A stretch of DNA of 63,334 nucleotides, counting the filler, from Octopus bimaculoides (Eukaryota): NCBI RefSeq assembly GCF_001194135.2. It is 5 parts of 5 records of this genome, joined end to end, with 100 filler letters (N's around TTAATTAATTAA, not from the genome) between each part and the next. Parts side by side here need not be neighbours in the genome. Positions count along the whole stretch, not along the records: positions 11,072 to 16,835 come from NC_068992.1; positions 16,936 to 48,003 come from NC_069000.1; 3 more parts are not named here. The stretch is one strand, 5' to 3'. The notes beneath the pieces were generated by a model. That model was not told the origin of the DNA. It saw nothing but the letters and a program-made list of their open reading frames with translations, and searched no databases. Positions 12,276-25,649 of the stretch are shown one piece after another. Position 1 is the stretch's first letter; each line of letters opens with the position of its first letter. A program made the position numbers and the translations under genes.

Positions 12276-13875
12276 CATCATCATCGTTTAACGTCTGTTT
12301 TCATGCTAGCATGGGTTGGACGATTTGACTGAGGATTGGTGAACCGGATGGCTGCACCAGGCTCCAATCTGATCTGGCAGAATTTCTACAGCTGGATGTC
12401 CTTCCTAACATCAACCACTCCAAGAGTGTAGTGGGTGCTTTTACGTGCCACCGGCACGAGGGCTGGTCAGGTGGTACTGGCAACGGCCATGCTCAAAATG
12501 GTGTTTTTTACGTGCCACCTGCACAGGAGCCAGTTCAGTAGCACGGGCAATGACCTCGTTCGAATGTTTTCTAACATGCCACTGGCACAAGTGCCAGTAA
12601 GGCGACAGTGGTAACGATCACGCTCAAATGGTGCTATTTACGTGCCACTGGCATGGAAACCAAACAGCTGCTCTGGCAATTATCATGCTCGGACAGTGGT
12701 GTTAGTGCTCCACTGGCACAGGTGCCAGTCATCGAATATGGTTCAATTACAATTTTCGATTTCACTTGCCCCAACAGGTCTTCGCAAGCAGAGTTTAGTG
12801 TCCAATGAAGGGGAGGTTGGCATGGGTGCCAGTCGTCGAATTTGGTTCGATTTCGATTTCACTTGTCTCAACAGGTCTTTGCAAGCAAATTTTAGTGTCC
12901 AATGAAGTAAAGATACAAATAAGCTAGCTGGCTTCATTCCTTGCAAGCTTACGCATGTCCTCAGCAGTCACAGCCCATGTTTCACTACCATGTAGTATGG
13001 CTGTTCGTACACATGCGTCATACAGTCTGCCTTTTACTCTGAGCGAGAGGCCCTTTGTCACCAGCAGAGGTAAGAGCTCTCTGAATTTTTCCCAGGCTAT
13101 TCTTATTCTAGCAGCTACACTTTCAGTGCACCCTCCCCGCTACTGACTTGGTCACCTAGGTAATGGAGGCTGTCAACTAATTCTAGTTTTTCTCCCTAGA
13201 ATGAGGCAGAGGTTGTTTTCTGCACATTTTTGGTGTTTATTGTTCCTGAGCATCTGCCACATACAAAAACTATCTTGCTAGTTAGCCTTCCTTTGATATT
13301 GCTGCACCTCTTATATGTCCATAGCTAACACTGGGTACATTTTATAGAGTTTCTACCTACGCCTTCTCTACAGATCGAGCAGAGCCATCTACCTGAAGGG
13401 GTTTGCGTTTTGTCTACCTTCCTACGTATTAAGACTTTGGTTTTAGCTAGGTTGACTCTAAGGCCCTTCAATTCTAATCCTTGTTTCCACACCCGAAACT
13501 TCTATAGTTCTGATAGTGATTCAGCAATTAGAGCAAGGTCATCAGCATAGAGTAGCTCCCAGGGGCAACCTGACTTGAATTCCGCTTTTATTGCCTGGAG
13601 GACTATGATAAATAGGAGGGGGATGAGGACGGAACCTTGGTGGACCCTACCTCTACACGGAATTCTTCACTGTACTCTTTGCCCACCCTCACCTTACTGA
13701 CAGCTTCCCTGTACATGGCTCGCACAGCTCTCACTAACCATTCATCTATCCCTAGTTTCCTCATTGACCACCAGATAAGGGATCGGGGGACCCTGTCATA
13801 GGCTTTCTCCATGTCAACGAAAGCCAAGTACAGAGGTTTATCTTTGGCTAGGTATTTCTCCTATTTGTCTTACCA
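12276..13875 (-). mobile_element. 5'-truncated RTE-clade LINE with RT fragment, 3'UTR and (TGA)n tail
   Basis: Peptides LAFVDMEKAYDRVPR, ELLYADDLA (13538-13549) and LYDACVRTAMLHGSETW, with frameshifts. The 3'UTR carries an ~105 bp internal duplication (about 12722-12908). Confidence 0.9.
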
Positions 13876-14069
13876 GGTATGTACATATACGTATGTATAT
13901 ATGCATAGACTTATATATATTATATATATATATATATATATNNNNNNNNNNNNNNNNNNNNNNNNNNNNNNNNNNNNNNNNNNNNNNNNNNNNNNNNNNN
14001 NNNNNNNNNNNNNNNNNNNNNNNNNNNNNNNTATATATATACATACATACATACATATATATATATATC

Positions 14070-14590
14070 ATCATCATCATCATTTAGTGTCCGTGGTCCA
14101 TGTTCTTTATTCTAACTCATGTTTCTCCTGTATGTGAGTAGCTACAGGCAAATACCATGCTGGCATGGATTGGATGGTTTGATCAGAGATGGCAAGCTAG
14201 AGAACTGCACTAGATTCCAGTCTGATTTGGCATGCCACTGCAGCAAGTACTTTTTACATGGTGCCAGTACAGGACTCTTGCAAGTCAATCCTCACATCAG
14301 GAGGACTTGTCTTAATACTTCTCTTGTGGAGTACAAGTCTTCTTGAGTAAAGCAAGGCACCAGGCATCTCAGTCCTTTGTCATCTCACCTGAAAGGTTTA
14401 ACATTTTGAGGTCTTTCTTCAGCACTTCATCCCATGTCTTTTACGGTTTCTCACTTTCACATGTTCCATCAGTACATCATTATGGGGCTACTGGCATCCA
14501 TCCACCTCCCATGACCCAAACAATGCAGTCTTCTCTCTTGCATACAGCAACTAATTCTTTTCAGATGAGATAACAGAGGACCAAGATGCT
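14070..14590 (-). mobile_element. Degenerate RTE LINE C-terminus and 3' end
   Basis: KTWDEVLKKDLKMLNL motif with stops; (cat)n tail at about 14070. Confidence 0.7.
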
Positions 14591-14659
14591 TGGTACCTTG
14601 CTATACAGAAGACTCCACAGCAGGAGTATTAAGACCGGTCTCTCTGAAGGTGAGAAGCA

Positions 14660-14807
14660 CTCATGTTGTCACGTAAAACCGCCCGTGTGGTGCCATGTAA
14701 AAGCGGCATGTGGAATGAGACTGGAATCTGGTGCAGCTCCCCAGCTTTGGTCAAACTGTCCAACCCATGCTAGCATGAACAGACATTAAAATGATGATGA
14801 TGATGAT
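14660..14807 (+). mobile_element. Old RTE 3' end
   Basis: ccaacccatgctagcatg...(gat)n. Confidence 0.7.
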
Positions 14808-15052
14808 ATTTATATATGAATACATATATGAGTGTGTGTGTCTGTATATGTATATGTATATGTTTCTACCCTCATTCTTGATCACTCTCTCTTTCTCTTG
14901 CTTTCTGCCTCAGGTTAGATAACCAAGTATCTCCTTTACATCTCCTGTATCTCTCTCAACCCTCTCTCTCTTGCCAGGTAACCATGTACCTCCTCTATAG
15001 CAAGACACCTGTTTCTGCTTCTATTTCTGTCACACTCTAACTTTTCATCATC

Positions 15053-15276
15053 TTATTTCTTTATTGCCCAAAAGGGGCTAAACATAGAGGGAACAAACAA
15101 GGATAGACAAAGGGATTAAGTTGATTGTATCGACCCAAGTGTGTAACTGGTACTTAATTTATCGACCCCGAAAAGATGAAAGGCAAAGTCGACCTCAGCG
15201 GAATTTGAATTCAGAACATAAAGGCAGACGAAATACCGCTAAGCATTTCGCCCGGCATGCTAATGTTTCTGCCAGC
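15053..15276 (-). mobile_element. SINE family A
   Basis: Near-identical to 5151-5385. Confidence 0.85.
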
Positions 15277-16452
15277 ATTGACTACTGTTCTAACCTCTCA
15301 TTACCTGGCACAAAGCCACCTCCTTAACTACTACTCCCCATGTCAGTTGAAGGGTTTTGTGTTGCAAGTTAATATAGATATGTGTGTGTGTGTGTGTGTG
15401 TATGTGTGTGTGTGTGTATGTGTGTGTGNNNNNNNNNNNNNNNNNNNNNNNNNNNNNNNNNNNNNNNNNNNNNNNNNNNNNNNNNNNNNNNNNNNNNNNN
15501 NNNNNNNNNNNNNNNNNNNNNNNNNNNNNNNNNNNNNNNNNNNNNNNNNNNNNNNNNNNNNNNNNNNNNNNNNNNNNNNNNNNNNNNNNNNNNNNNNNNN
15601 NNNNNNNNNNNNNNNNNNNNNNNNNNNNNNNNNNNNNNNNNNNNNNNNNNNNNNNNNNNNNNNNNNNNNNNNNNNNNNNNNNNNNNNNNNNNNNNNNNNN
15701 NNNNNNNNNNNNNNNNNNNNNNNNNNNNNNNNNNNNNNNNNNNNNNNNNNNNNNNNNNNNNNNNNNNNNNNNNNNNNNNNNNNNNNNNNNNNNNNNNNNN
15801 NNNNNNNNNNNNNNNNNNNNNNNNNNNNNNNNNNNNNNNNNNNNNNNNNNNNNNNNNNNNNNNNNNNNNNNNNNNNNNNNNNNNNNNNNNNNNNNNNNNN
15901 NNNNNNNNNNNNNNNNNNNNNNNNNNNNNNNNNNNNNNNNNNNNNNNNNNNNNNNNNNNNNNNNNNNNNNNNNNNNNNNNNNNNNNNNNNNNNNNNNNNN
16001 NNNNNNNNNNNNNNNNNNNNNNNNNNNNNNNNNNNNNNNNNNNNNNNNNNNNNNNNNNNNNNNNNNNNNNNNNNNNNNNNNNNNNNNNNNNNNNNNNNNN
16101 NNNNNNNNNNNNNNNNNNNNNNNNNNNNNNNNNNNNNNNNNNNNNNNNNNNNNNNNNNNNNNNNNNNNNNNNNNNNNNNNNNNNNNNNNNNNNNNNNNNN
16201 NNNNNNNNNNNNNNNNNNNNNNNNNNNNNNNNNNNNNNNNNNNNNNNNNNNNNNNNNNNNNNNNNNNNNNNNNNNNNNNNNNNNNNNNNNNNNNATGTTA
16301 TAATTGCATACTTTATTCCCACATATGTTTCAAAGGATTACAACCTATGTGATCCATAGGGATCTGTGATATTAAAATTGTAACCTTCTCTTCAGGGGAT
16401 GCATGGGAATCATCTTAAACTTAAGACATTATGACTCGGTCATAATGTCTTA

Positions 16453-16835
16453 AGTTGATCATGGCTTGATATGTCACAAGCTGCGAAACCTTGGCATAAC
16501 TGGTAAATTAGGAGAATGGCTGCATGACTTCCTGAATGGTAGAAGTCAGACAGTTGTAGCCAATGGAGAACTATCTAGGGAAACACAAATATTGAGCGGT
16601 GTTCCGCAAGGAACTGTCCTGGGGCCACTACTGTTCATAGTGGCCCTTCTGGACATGCCCACGGTCACTCGGAGAGCCACTGTCACTAGCTACGCTGATG
16701 ACACAAAACTATCTCAGGCAATAAAGAATCCTGATGATATTGTAAGCCTACAGAATGACCTAAATGCAATATATGAGTGGGAAGAGCAAAACAATATGTA
16801 GTTCAATGCGGAAAAATTTCAAGTACTGCGCTACA
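16453..16835 (+). mobile_element. CR1/L2-group LINE reverse transcriptase fragment
   Basis: KVDHG..., SGVPQGTVLGPLLF and SYADDTK motifs, one in-frame stop, runs into a gap. Confidence 0.85.
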
Positions 16836-17108
16836 NNNNNNNNNNNNNNNNNNNNNNNNNNNNNNNNNNNNNNNNNNNNTTAATTAATTAANNNNNNNNN
16901 NNNNNNNNNNNNNNNNNNNNNNNNNNNNNNNNNNNTATTTATTCTTAACATAATACTTTCTATTTTGTTGCTGCTTGTATCTACATCAAGAAACGAGGCT
17001 GGTCAGTATATAACTCTATCTTTTGTGAGGGTTGCAGAGACACGTATAAGTATAAATACATTAAGTTACAACGGAAAAGGTTCTATGTAATGCTATGGTA
17101 AATCAAAG

Positions 17109-17149
<41 letters not shown>

Positions 17150-17334
17150 TTAATCATTGGCGATTTTCCTGCAACGAGTATCGGGACTAAAACAGTACGT
17201 GGTGTATGCGGAAGCGTTGATCTACAAGGCTGATGTTTAGTCCAGCAAACAAACATGCACTTAATAAAATCTATTCGGAATGCTGCTCTAGTTTGCTGTT
17301 TCTTTATTCATTCATGCATCTACATGGTTAATGT

Positions 17335-17672
17335 GGAGGCGCAATGGCCCAGTGGTTAGGCCAGCAGACTTGCGGTCGTAGGATCACGGTTTCGATTTCC
17401 AGACCGGGCGTTGTGAGTGTTTATTGAGTGTTTATTGCTGTAATCTTTTACCACAACTTTCTCCCACTCTTTGTTTCTGTTTCTGTTGTACCTGTATTCC
17501 AAAGGGGCCACCCTTGTCATACTCTGTGTTACGCTTAATCTCCCCGAGGACTACGTTAAGGGTACACGTGTCTGTGGAGTGCTCAGCCACTTGCACGTTA
17601 ATTTCACTAGTAGGATGTTCCATTGATCAGATCAACTGGAACGCACGTCGTCGTAACCGACGGAGTCCCACG
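17335..17672 (+). mobile_element. tRNA-derived SINE family C
   Basis: A-box tggcccagtgg, B-box-like gtttcgatttcc, 3' body ttaagggtacacgtgtctgtggagtgctcagccacttgcacg. Body fragments also at about 5870-6035 (-), 43065-43335 (-) and 52338-52440 (+). Confidence 0.8.
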
Positions 17673-17784
17673 ATATATGGTTAATGATTAATTCTGCTGT
17701 CTGTCTGTTCGTTCACTGTTTATTTATTTGCTTGTTAGCATTCTGTATATATTTGTGTTTTCTTTTTCTTTTTCCTCTGTCCAG

Positions 17785-17912
17785 TATCGACTTGATGCTG
17801 ACGCCGGCCCGGAGCACCAGATTCCTAAAGGGAGCGTACCCTACGTTCACGTTCGAGATCAAGTGAGAGGTGTTCAGGATAAGATGGATCGTCACCGGCA
17901 GTTGCTTGACAG
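17785..17912 (+). CDS. Internal coding exon of an unidentified gene (YRLDADAGPEHQIPKGSVPYVHVRDQVRGVQDKMDRHRQLLD)
   Basis: Long pyrimidine tract ending gtccag, AG|GTAAAA donor; only frame 0 is open; ends in phase 2; high-complexity sequence amid repeats. Confidence 0.65.
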
Positions 17913-18042
17913 GTAAAACTCTTCATCTAACAATTTGCCTAGATTCTCACTCGTGGCTATATTCCCTCACAAGTGAGTTAAATCAACCACTGCTAAAAGC
18001 AACGTCTAGGAATTATTTCTTACATTTCTACAGGATTATCGT

Positions 18043-18081
<39 letters not shown>

Positions 18082-18603
18082 NNNNNNNNNNNNNNNNNNN
18101 NNNNNNNNNNNNNNNNNNNNNNNNNNNNNNNNNNNNNNNNNNNNNNNNNNNNNNNNNNNNNNNNNNNNNNNNNNNNNNNNNNNNNNNNNNNNNNNNNNNN
18201 NNNNNNNNNNNNNNNNNNNNNNNNNNNNNNNNNNNNNNNNNNNNNNNNNNNNNNNNNNNNNNNNNNNNNNNNNNNNNNNNNNNNNNNNNNNNNNNNNNNN
18301 NNNNNNNNNNNNNNNNNNNNNNNNNNNNNNNNNNNNNNNNNNNNNNNNNNNNNNNNNNNNNNNNNNNNNNNNNNNNNNNNNNNNNNNNNNNNNNNNNNNN
18401 NNNNNNNNNNNNNNNNNNNNNNNNNNNNNNNNNNNNNNNNNNNNNNNNNNNNNNNNNNNNNNNNNNNNNNNNNNNNNNNNNNNNNNNNNGGGGAAGTGAT
18501 GGCATGCTCACCTAGCCAACGCGGTGACGACATTTAATGGCTAAAATGATGCAAAGCGCAATGTGACCAACGACGTATAACAGCATCTGATAGCCTGGTC
18601 GGT

Positions 18604-18647
<44 letters not shown>

Positions 18648-19106
18648 TTCAAGGAAGATTGGAGGCTAACTTCGTTCGAAGCTGGAGTCATGGCATTTTC
18701 ATTAGATTGGCTGATGAACACCACAAAGCCAAAACTTCGAAGTAACGATCAACCTTTTCCTTGTACAAAAAAGAAAATGCTACGTGATCCTTCCATTTAA
18801 TGTGTGACTGCTTTTATGCATAAGTATGCGTAAATACGTATATTTGTAGATATATATAAATGTGTGTGCATCTTTACGCGCGCACGCATGTGTTTTGTGC
18901 GAGTACGTTTAAGAAAATAATTGATAATACGAAGGTAATATGAACGACTTGTGTAATATTATTTTAAGTGAAAATTTGGACGGTAACAGAATTGGTAGAT
19001 TTGTAGTCCTCAAGAAAAGCAGTGGATTTCTCTCTTCACCGGATTCCTGTGGTCAGAATAAAGACAGCTTATTAATGACTCTATGCATCTGTTTGTATAT
19101 TTTCAG

Positions 19107-19179
19107 ATATTATGACCGACCAGCGATGGATGTGCTCGACACCCATACCTCTGGGCTGGGTCATTCTGGCGGACGTACG
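19107..19179 (+). CDS. Next exon of the same unidentified gene (RYYDRPAMDVLDTHTSGLGHSGGRT)
   Basis: tattttcag acceptor, GTATGT donor, 73 nt, phase 2 to 0; the AG|A junction gives Arg in frame with the previous exon. Confidence 0.65.
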
Positions 19180-19744
19180 GTATGTCTTCGTTATACTCTC
19201 AGTCATTATCCTCAGATCATTCTAGAATAGCTTTAATGAGTGTTCAATGAATTTCTGCGCATAATTCTATATTGTTTTATAGCCGTAATGTAGGAACATA
19301 CATACATACATACATACATACATACATAAATCCTTCAATATTAAAATGTAAAGCAGATACAGGATGAGAATGGAAAATGAATTCTAAAAATCATAGGAAA
19401 GAAAATAGCTCTAAAACACCAGGATCGAATGATCTAGACGTATTGTCGATGTTTAAATTCGCTTCATATATCTGATATCCTGTTTAATATTCTCCATATT
19501 CCGTACGATAGTCTATAATAATATAATAACAATAATAATGATTTCAAATTTGGGTACAAGGCCAGTAATTACGGGGGAGGGGGTAAAGTCGATTACATCG
19601 ATCCCAGTACTCAACTGGTATTTATTTATAACACAAAATATACAAGTATACGAAGTTTGAAAGTGTTTCGGTACCAAAAACACTACATAAAACATAAATG
19701 AAAAGCGTTGCCCGTCAAATCAAAAAGATCCATCCTTTCTACTG

Positions 19745-19945
19745 TAGGCACAAGGCCTGAATATTTGGGAGAGGGGATAGTCGATTACATCGACCCCAGT
19801 GTTGCACTGGTACTTAATTTATCGACCCCCGAAAGGATGAAGGGCAAAGTCGACCTCTGCCGAATTTGAACTCAGAACGTAGTGGCAGACGAAATGCCGC
19901 TAAGCATTTCGCCCGGCGTGCTAACGATCCCGCCAGCTCGCCGTC
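19745..19945 (-). mobile_element. SINE family A (variant 3' end)
   Basis: Same head and central domain; a partial copy also lies at about 19530-19630. Confidence 0.8.
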
Positions 19946-19975
19946 TTCTTAATAATAATAATAATAATAATAATA

Positions 19976-20025
<50 letters not shown>

Positions 20026-21478
20026 AATAGTTGTAATAAAATGATAATGATATTAATGATAATAGTAATTACATTATTGGTAATAATAATAATAATAATG
20101 AAAATNNNNNNNNNNNNNNNNNNNNNNNNNNNNNNNNNNNNNNNNNNNNNNNNNNNNNNNNNNNNNNNNNNNNNNNNNNNNNNNNNNNNNNNNNNNNNNN
20201 NNNNNNNNNNNNNNNNNNNNNNNNNNNNNNNNNNNNNNNNNNNNNNNNNNNNNNNNNNNNNNNNNNNNNNNNNNNNNNNNNNNNNNNNNNNNNNNNNNNN
20301 NNNNNNNNNNNNNNNNNNNNNNNNNNNNNNNNNNNNNNNNNNNNNNNNNNNNNNNNNNNNNNNNNNNNNNNNNNNNNNNNNNNNNNNNNNNNNNNNNNNN
20401 NNNNNNNNNNNNNNNNNNNNNNNNNNNCCCACGCCGCCGTATTTTTATTTTATTTTATTTTATTTTATTTATTATTTTTTTATATAGATAAAAGTTGACC
20501 ACGTTCACATTAAGTTTCTGCAAACGTCACGCCTCTCTCCACCGATTCATTATTGACCACACCCACCTAACTGACCCTTGGTCACTGACCACCCTCAGCA
20601 AACTGACCACAATCACTGCATGATCATTCTATGTATCACCGTTAAAAAATCAAGGGACCAACAAAAGAGAGAAAAAAGGGGGCGAGGTGGCTCGACCAGT
20701 TACTCCTTCTCTCAACCCTTCCCCCATCATTCTTCTCCTTCTTCTTTCCTTCCTCCCGTGTATTCTTTGTACTCCTCCCACCCGTTCTTTTACTCCTCTC
20801 ACTTCTCCCATGCATTTTCATACTCCTCCCTCTTCTACTCCTTCACCTTTTCCTCCTATTCATTCATAATCCTGCCCCTCTTTATTGCTATTTGTTATCC
20901 TCCACCTTCTACCCCACTATCATCTTCATGTATACATCACGTCAATCACCGTTTAGCACATTACCACCACCACCACTACCACCACCACCACCACCACCAC
21001 TACCATTACTATTGGCACCCACCATCTATATCACCTCCTCCTATTATCTCGCCCACCACCGCAACCACCATCCCCCGCCAACACATCATCCTCGTCCCAG
21101 GTAGCTACAGCTAATTGTGTTTAACGTCTCTGTTCTTATCTGGCACTCATAATTCTTTAGTTGTCATGTGATTGTGTCATGTGATTGTACCATTTGATGT
21201 TCTGGAAACACAAAAATCCTATTTCTTTATTTCTGGTGCAAAACAACAACAGTAGCAGCAACATCACCACCACCACCACCACCACCACCACCTCCAACAA
21301 CAACAACAACAACAAAAACAACAACAGCCGCAGTAACAATAATAACGTTAAAAAATTAGTTTATTTAGATATTAATGAGTGTAGTTGCAAGAAGACGGAG
21401 CATCATCTTAATTATATTGTCTTCTTTCTATTTCATTGATCGATTGATTGATTGATTGATTAAGTGATTGATTGATTA

Positions 21479-21525
<47 letters not shown>

Positions 21526-22253
21526 AGGTGATTGGCTGATTGATTGACAGCCAATGATCAATGATCTTCTCAGAGGCTGTCCGTTATTTTAACATTAAAA
21601 AATAAATTGACCTGGGTCAGAATATATACATATGTGTGTGTGTGTCTGTCTGTGTCTGTGTATGTCTGTGTGTGTGTGTGTGTGTGTATATGTATACATA
21701 TATATGTATATATATATATATGTGTGTGTATATATGTGTATATATATGTGTATATATATGTGTATATATATGTGTATATATATAATTCTATAATTCCTAG
21801 AACATATGACCTCACTGATCCATCATTGAAGTAGGGATGGTCATGGTTAGAACATTAATCAGACGGCATTAGTTAACCTGAATTAACACACGAGCTGCCA
21901 TTGACTCTGTATATCTGACCAATGTGTTCGATCATGAGGTGCGTTTTTGTGCGTCAGATCAATCACTTCCACCATGGTACTGATCAGCTCAATCACAGAT
22001 CAATAGAATTAAGTTGCTAAAATGGTCAGAGCTGTTAAACATTTGCTACACCTGCCTCTACTCTTTACTGCCATTAGCACCAACACCACCGCAATCATTG
22101 ACACCACCACCGCCACCACCACTCAATCTAGTAACATCCACATACAAAGGCAAACAAACACTCACACAATATATACACTACTTATACACACGCATACACC
22201 AAAACATGGTATACTTGTACGCACGAGCACTACACACACACAGGGGCACATAC

Positions 22254-22303
<50 letters not shown>

Positions 22304-23024
22304 TTTTTTCTTTTTTTTTCTATTATTGTTCTTTTCTTTTAAGTGCCCTTCCAAACATCGGTTTCTGATTCTAATTCACCAAAAAATCCTTTCTTTATCT
22401 TCGGTTGTTTGATTTAAAATATCTTTGGAATCTGGTTCTTATTTTGGAAAGATTCCAAACCAACCAAAGACTTCTCTGCTATCATATAAATAATGTCATA
22501 CAAGCTTGACCAAACTTTATGCGCATCAACAAACTTACTACATATTATATTTAATAAGAATAATTCCGTTCTTATCGGCCTCTATTAATTAAAGATTTGC
22601 TTTCCGTGACACAGAAACACATAAATCCTATGATCTAATGGCATCATTCATTGCACAAAACGTATTTTTGCACATGTCTAAGAGGAGAATTTTCTCCGGG
22701 GACTATTTTTGCAGCGAGATGTTTTATCACGTTGAAATGCATTCAATCGTGTTAAATATGACTTTACATTAATATACTTTATTCAACGCTGCTTTCTGCA
22801 ACAATAATTATTTAATTATAGCTTGACTAAGCTTTACGCACATCAGCAAACCTACTGTGTGCTCTTTTAATAAGAACAGCTTCGTTCTTATCAGACATAT
22901 GTGGTACATATGGTTTTCGTGGCTGACGAAGTGAAAGGACACAGAAATGCGTCCAATGATCCACTGACGTTATTCACAGCTCAGAATATGTTTTCACATA
23001 AATGTGTGTGTGTGTGTGTATGCG

Positions 23025-23060
<36 letters not shown>

Positions 23061-23258
23061 NNNNNNNNNNNNNNNNNNNNNNNNNNNNNNNNNNNNNNNN
23101 NNNNNNNNNNNNNNNNNNNNNNNNNNNNNNNNNNNNNNNNNNNNNNNNNNNNNNNNNNNNNNNNNNNNNNNNNNNNNNNNNNNNNNNNNNNNNNNNNNNN
23201 NNNNNNNNNNNNNNNNNNNNNNNNNNNNNNNNNNNNNNNNNNNNNNNNNNNNNNNNNN

Positions 23259-23310
<52 letters not shown>

Positions 23311-25609
23311 TATGTGTGTGTGTGTATGGTACAATTCGCTACTGTGCCATACAGATCACTGTGATACTGTACACAATGCTATGGTACCAGAGAGTGCATT
23401 GCAGCACCATACATATGGTGTCATACATTTCTCTACAGTACCTTACATGTGATACAGCAGCAGCAGCAGATGGGTGGCGGGGAGAAATATTTCATCGTGG
23501 GTCACGCTTGTGATTTGTGACTTGTAGAGGAGTTAATAGAAATCAGGGACTGGAATATATTCTTGGTTTGGAAGGAGGACTAGTCTTTGAGGTTCAATTT
23601 TTGGTCATGTGAACAAACTGCAACTAAAAGAACAACACAACTTATCACAGCAACAACAACAACAACCACCACCATACCACCACCACCACCACCACCACCA
23701 CCACCGTCACAAAAAACAACAACAACAACATAACTACAGCTGACATCACCCTTTCCCACCACCATCCCCAGCATCAACCTTCCTCATTGCCACCCTACCC
23801 CACCATCATCACCACCTCCACTGACAAGTCCTCTCCCACTTTCACTTCCTGTTACTAAGCCAATGAAAAAAACTACTACACGACTTCTTGGTCTGCAAGA
23901 AATAGCAGTTAAACTTCCCTCACATCATACCATACCATCTTCAATGAGGAAAGGACACGTTAGATGGAACATCTTTGATGAGAGATCTATCTGCTCGATC
24001 GGGGTTGACCTAGGGTTAAACAACAACAACGCCACCTCCACCATCATCACCACCACTGCCATCATTAGTGCTTCCACAACATTCACTACACCTGCCACCA
24101 CTACTCACTGTTATCACCACCACCACCACCACTGTTGCCACCATCACCACCACCACCACCATCACCAACGCCGCCGCCACCACCACCATCACCACCACCA
24201 CTCAGTCTGATGACACCCACAAACATATTGATATATACACACATACAAGCAGAAACAAACACACACACATATATGCATACACACACTATACACACAAGCA
24301 TACACATATGCTTACACATGCACATGCATACACTAAGCACGCACACACACACACACACACGCTATACACATACACACGAAACTGTGCTGGACTGATGGAT
24401 GTTGTGTTGGGTGGCAGTGGTGGTGGGCGAGGGTGGACCACTGCTTCACTGTTCCATGTTGCTGTTGTTGTTACTGTTGTTGTTTTGACAGTTTCTTTTT
24501 CTCCTTTGTTATTTATTGTTGTGTTCAAATGGAAATTATTACAACTGTATGAAAGCCACAACATCACAGAGAATAAAGAATACAAAATGGAAATAAAACA
24601 GAAAAAGGAAAACAAAAACTGGAATACAACCGATCTGGGTAGCAGAAGTTAGATTTTGGTAGGATGGGAGGTAGACGGCAGGGAGANNNNNNNNNNNNNN
24701 NNNNNNNNNNNNNNNNNNNNNNNNNNNNNNNNNNNNNNNNNNNNNNNNNNNNNNNNNNNNNNNNNNNNNNNNNNNNNNNNNNNNNNNNNNNNNNNNNNNN
24801 NNNNNNNNNNNNNNNNNNNNNNNNNNNNNNNNNNNNNNNNNNNNNNNNNNNNNNNNNNNNNNNNNNNNNNNNNNNNNNNNNNNNNNNNNNNNNNNNNNNN
24901 NNNNNNNNNNNNNNNNNNNNNNNNNNNNNNNNNNNNNNNNNNNNNNNNNNNNNNNNNNNNNNNNNNNNNNNNNNNNNNNNNNNNNNNNNNNNNNNNNNNN
25001 NNNNNNNNNNNNNNNNNNNNNNNNNNNNNNNNNNNNNNNNNNNNNNNNNNNNNNNNNNNNNNNNNNNNNNNNNNNNNNNNNNNNNNNNNNNNNNNNNNNN
25101 NNNNNNNNNNNNNNNNNNNNNNNNNNNNNNNNNNNNNNNNNNNNNNNNNNNNNNNNNNNNNNNNNNNNNNNNNNNNNNNNNNNNNNNNNNNNNNNNNNNN
25201 NNNNNNNNNNNNNNNNNNNNNNNNNNNNNNNNNNNNNNNNNNNNNNNNNNNNNNNNNNNNNNNNNNNNNNNNNNNNNNNNNNNNNNNNNNNNNNNNNNNN
25301 NNNNNNNNNNNNNNNNNNNNNNNNNNNNNNNNNNNNNNNNNNNNNNNNNNNNNNNNNNNNNNNNNNNNNNNNNNNNNNNNNNNNNNNNNNNNNNNNNNNN
25401 NNNNNNNNNNNNNNNNNNNNNNNNNNNNNNNNNNNNNNNNNNNNNNNNNNNNNNNNNNNNNNNNNNNNNNNNNNNNNNNNNNNNNNNNNNNNNNNNNNNN
25501 NNNNNNNNNTAAACGTTAAAAACCTGTTAAGACCCAACCATTGTGAAATGAAATATAAAAGTGAATGACTTAAGTAAAGACAAAACAACAGTTGAAGTTT
25601 TTACCTTGT

Positions 25610-25649
25610 ATTTCGATATTTCGAGGTTCTGAACTCTTCATCAGGACAT
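25610..25649 (-). ncRNA. Minimal type-I hammerhead-ribozyme-like motif, canonical core
   Basis: Minus strand reads AUGUC-CUGAUGA-A-GAG(UUCAGAAC)CUC-GAAA-UA-UC-GAAAU. Stem I has 4/5 pairs, stem II 3 bp, stem III 1 bp with palindromic AUAU; cleavage after C25615. Confidence 0.55.

Noticed and set aside
12955-13146. ORF MSSAVTAHVS... and the repeated ORF MKPDGNTRLQ... (11020, 36434, 47828)
   Set aside because: These are antisense readings of RTE coding sequence or 3'UTR.
17335-17410. tRNA-like sequences (also SINE heads at about 5310-5385, 56930-57006 and 57070-57145)
   Set aside because: They continue into multi-copy SINE bodies and do not form complete cloverleaves.
22922-22960. CTGACGA-AGT-GAAA hammerhead-like string
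   Set aside because: No stem II and no UH cleavage site in register.
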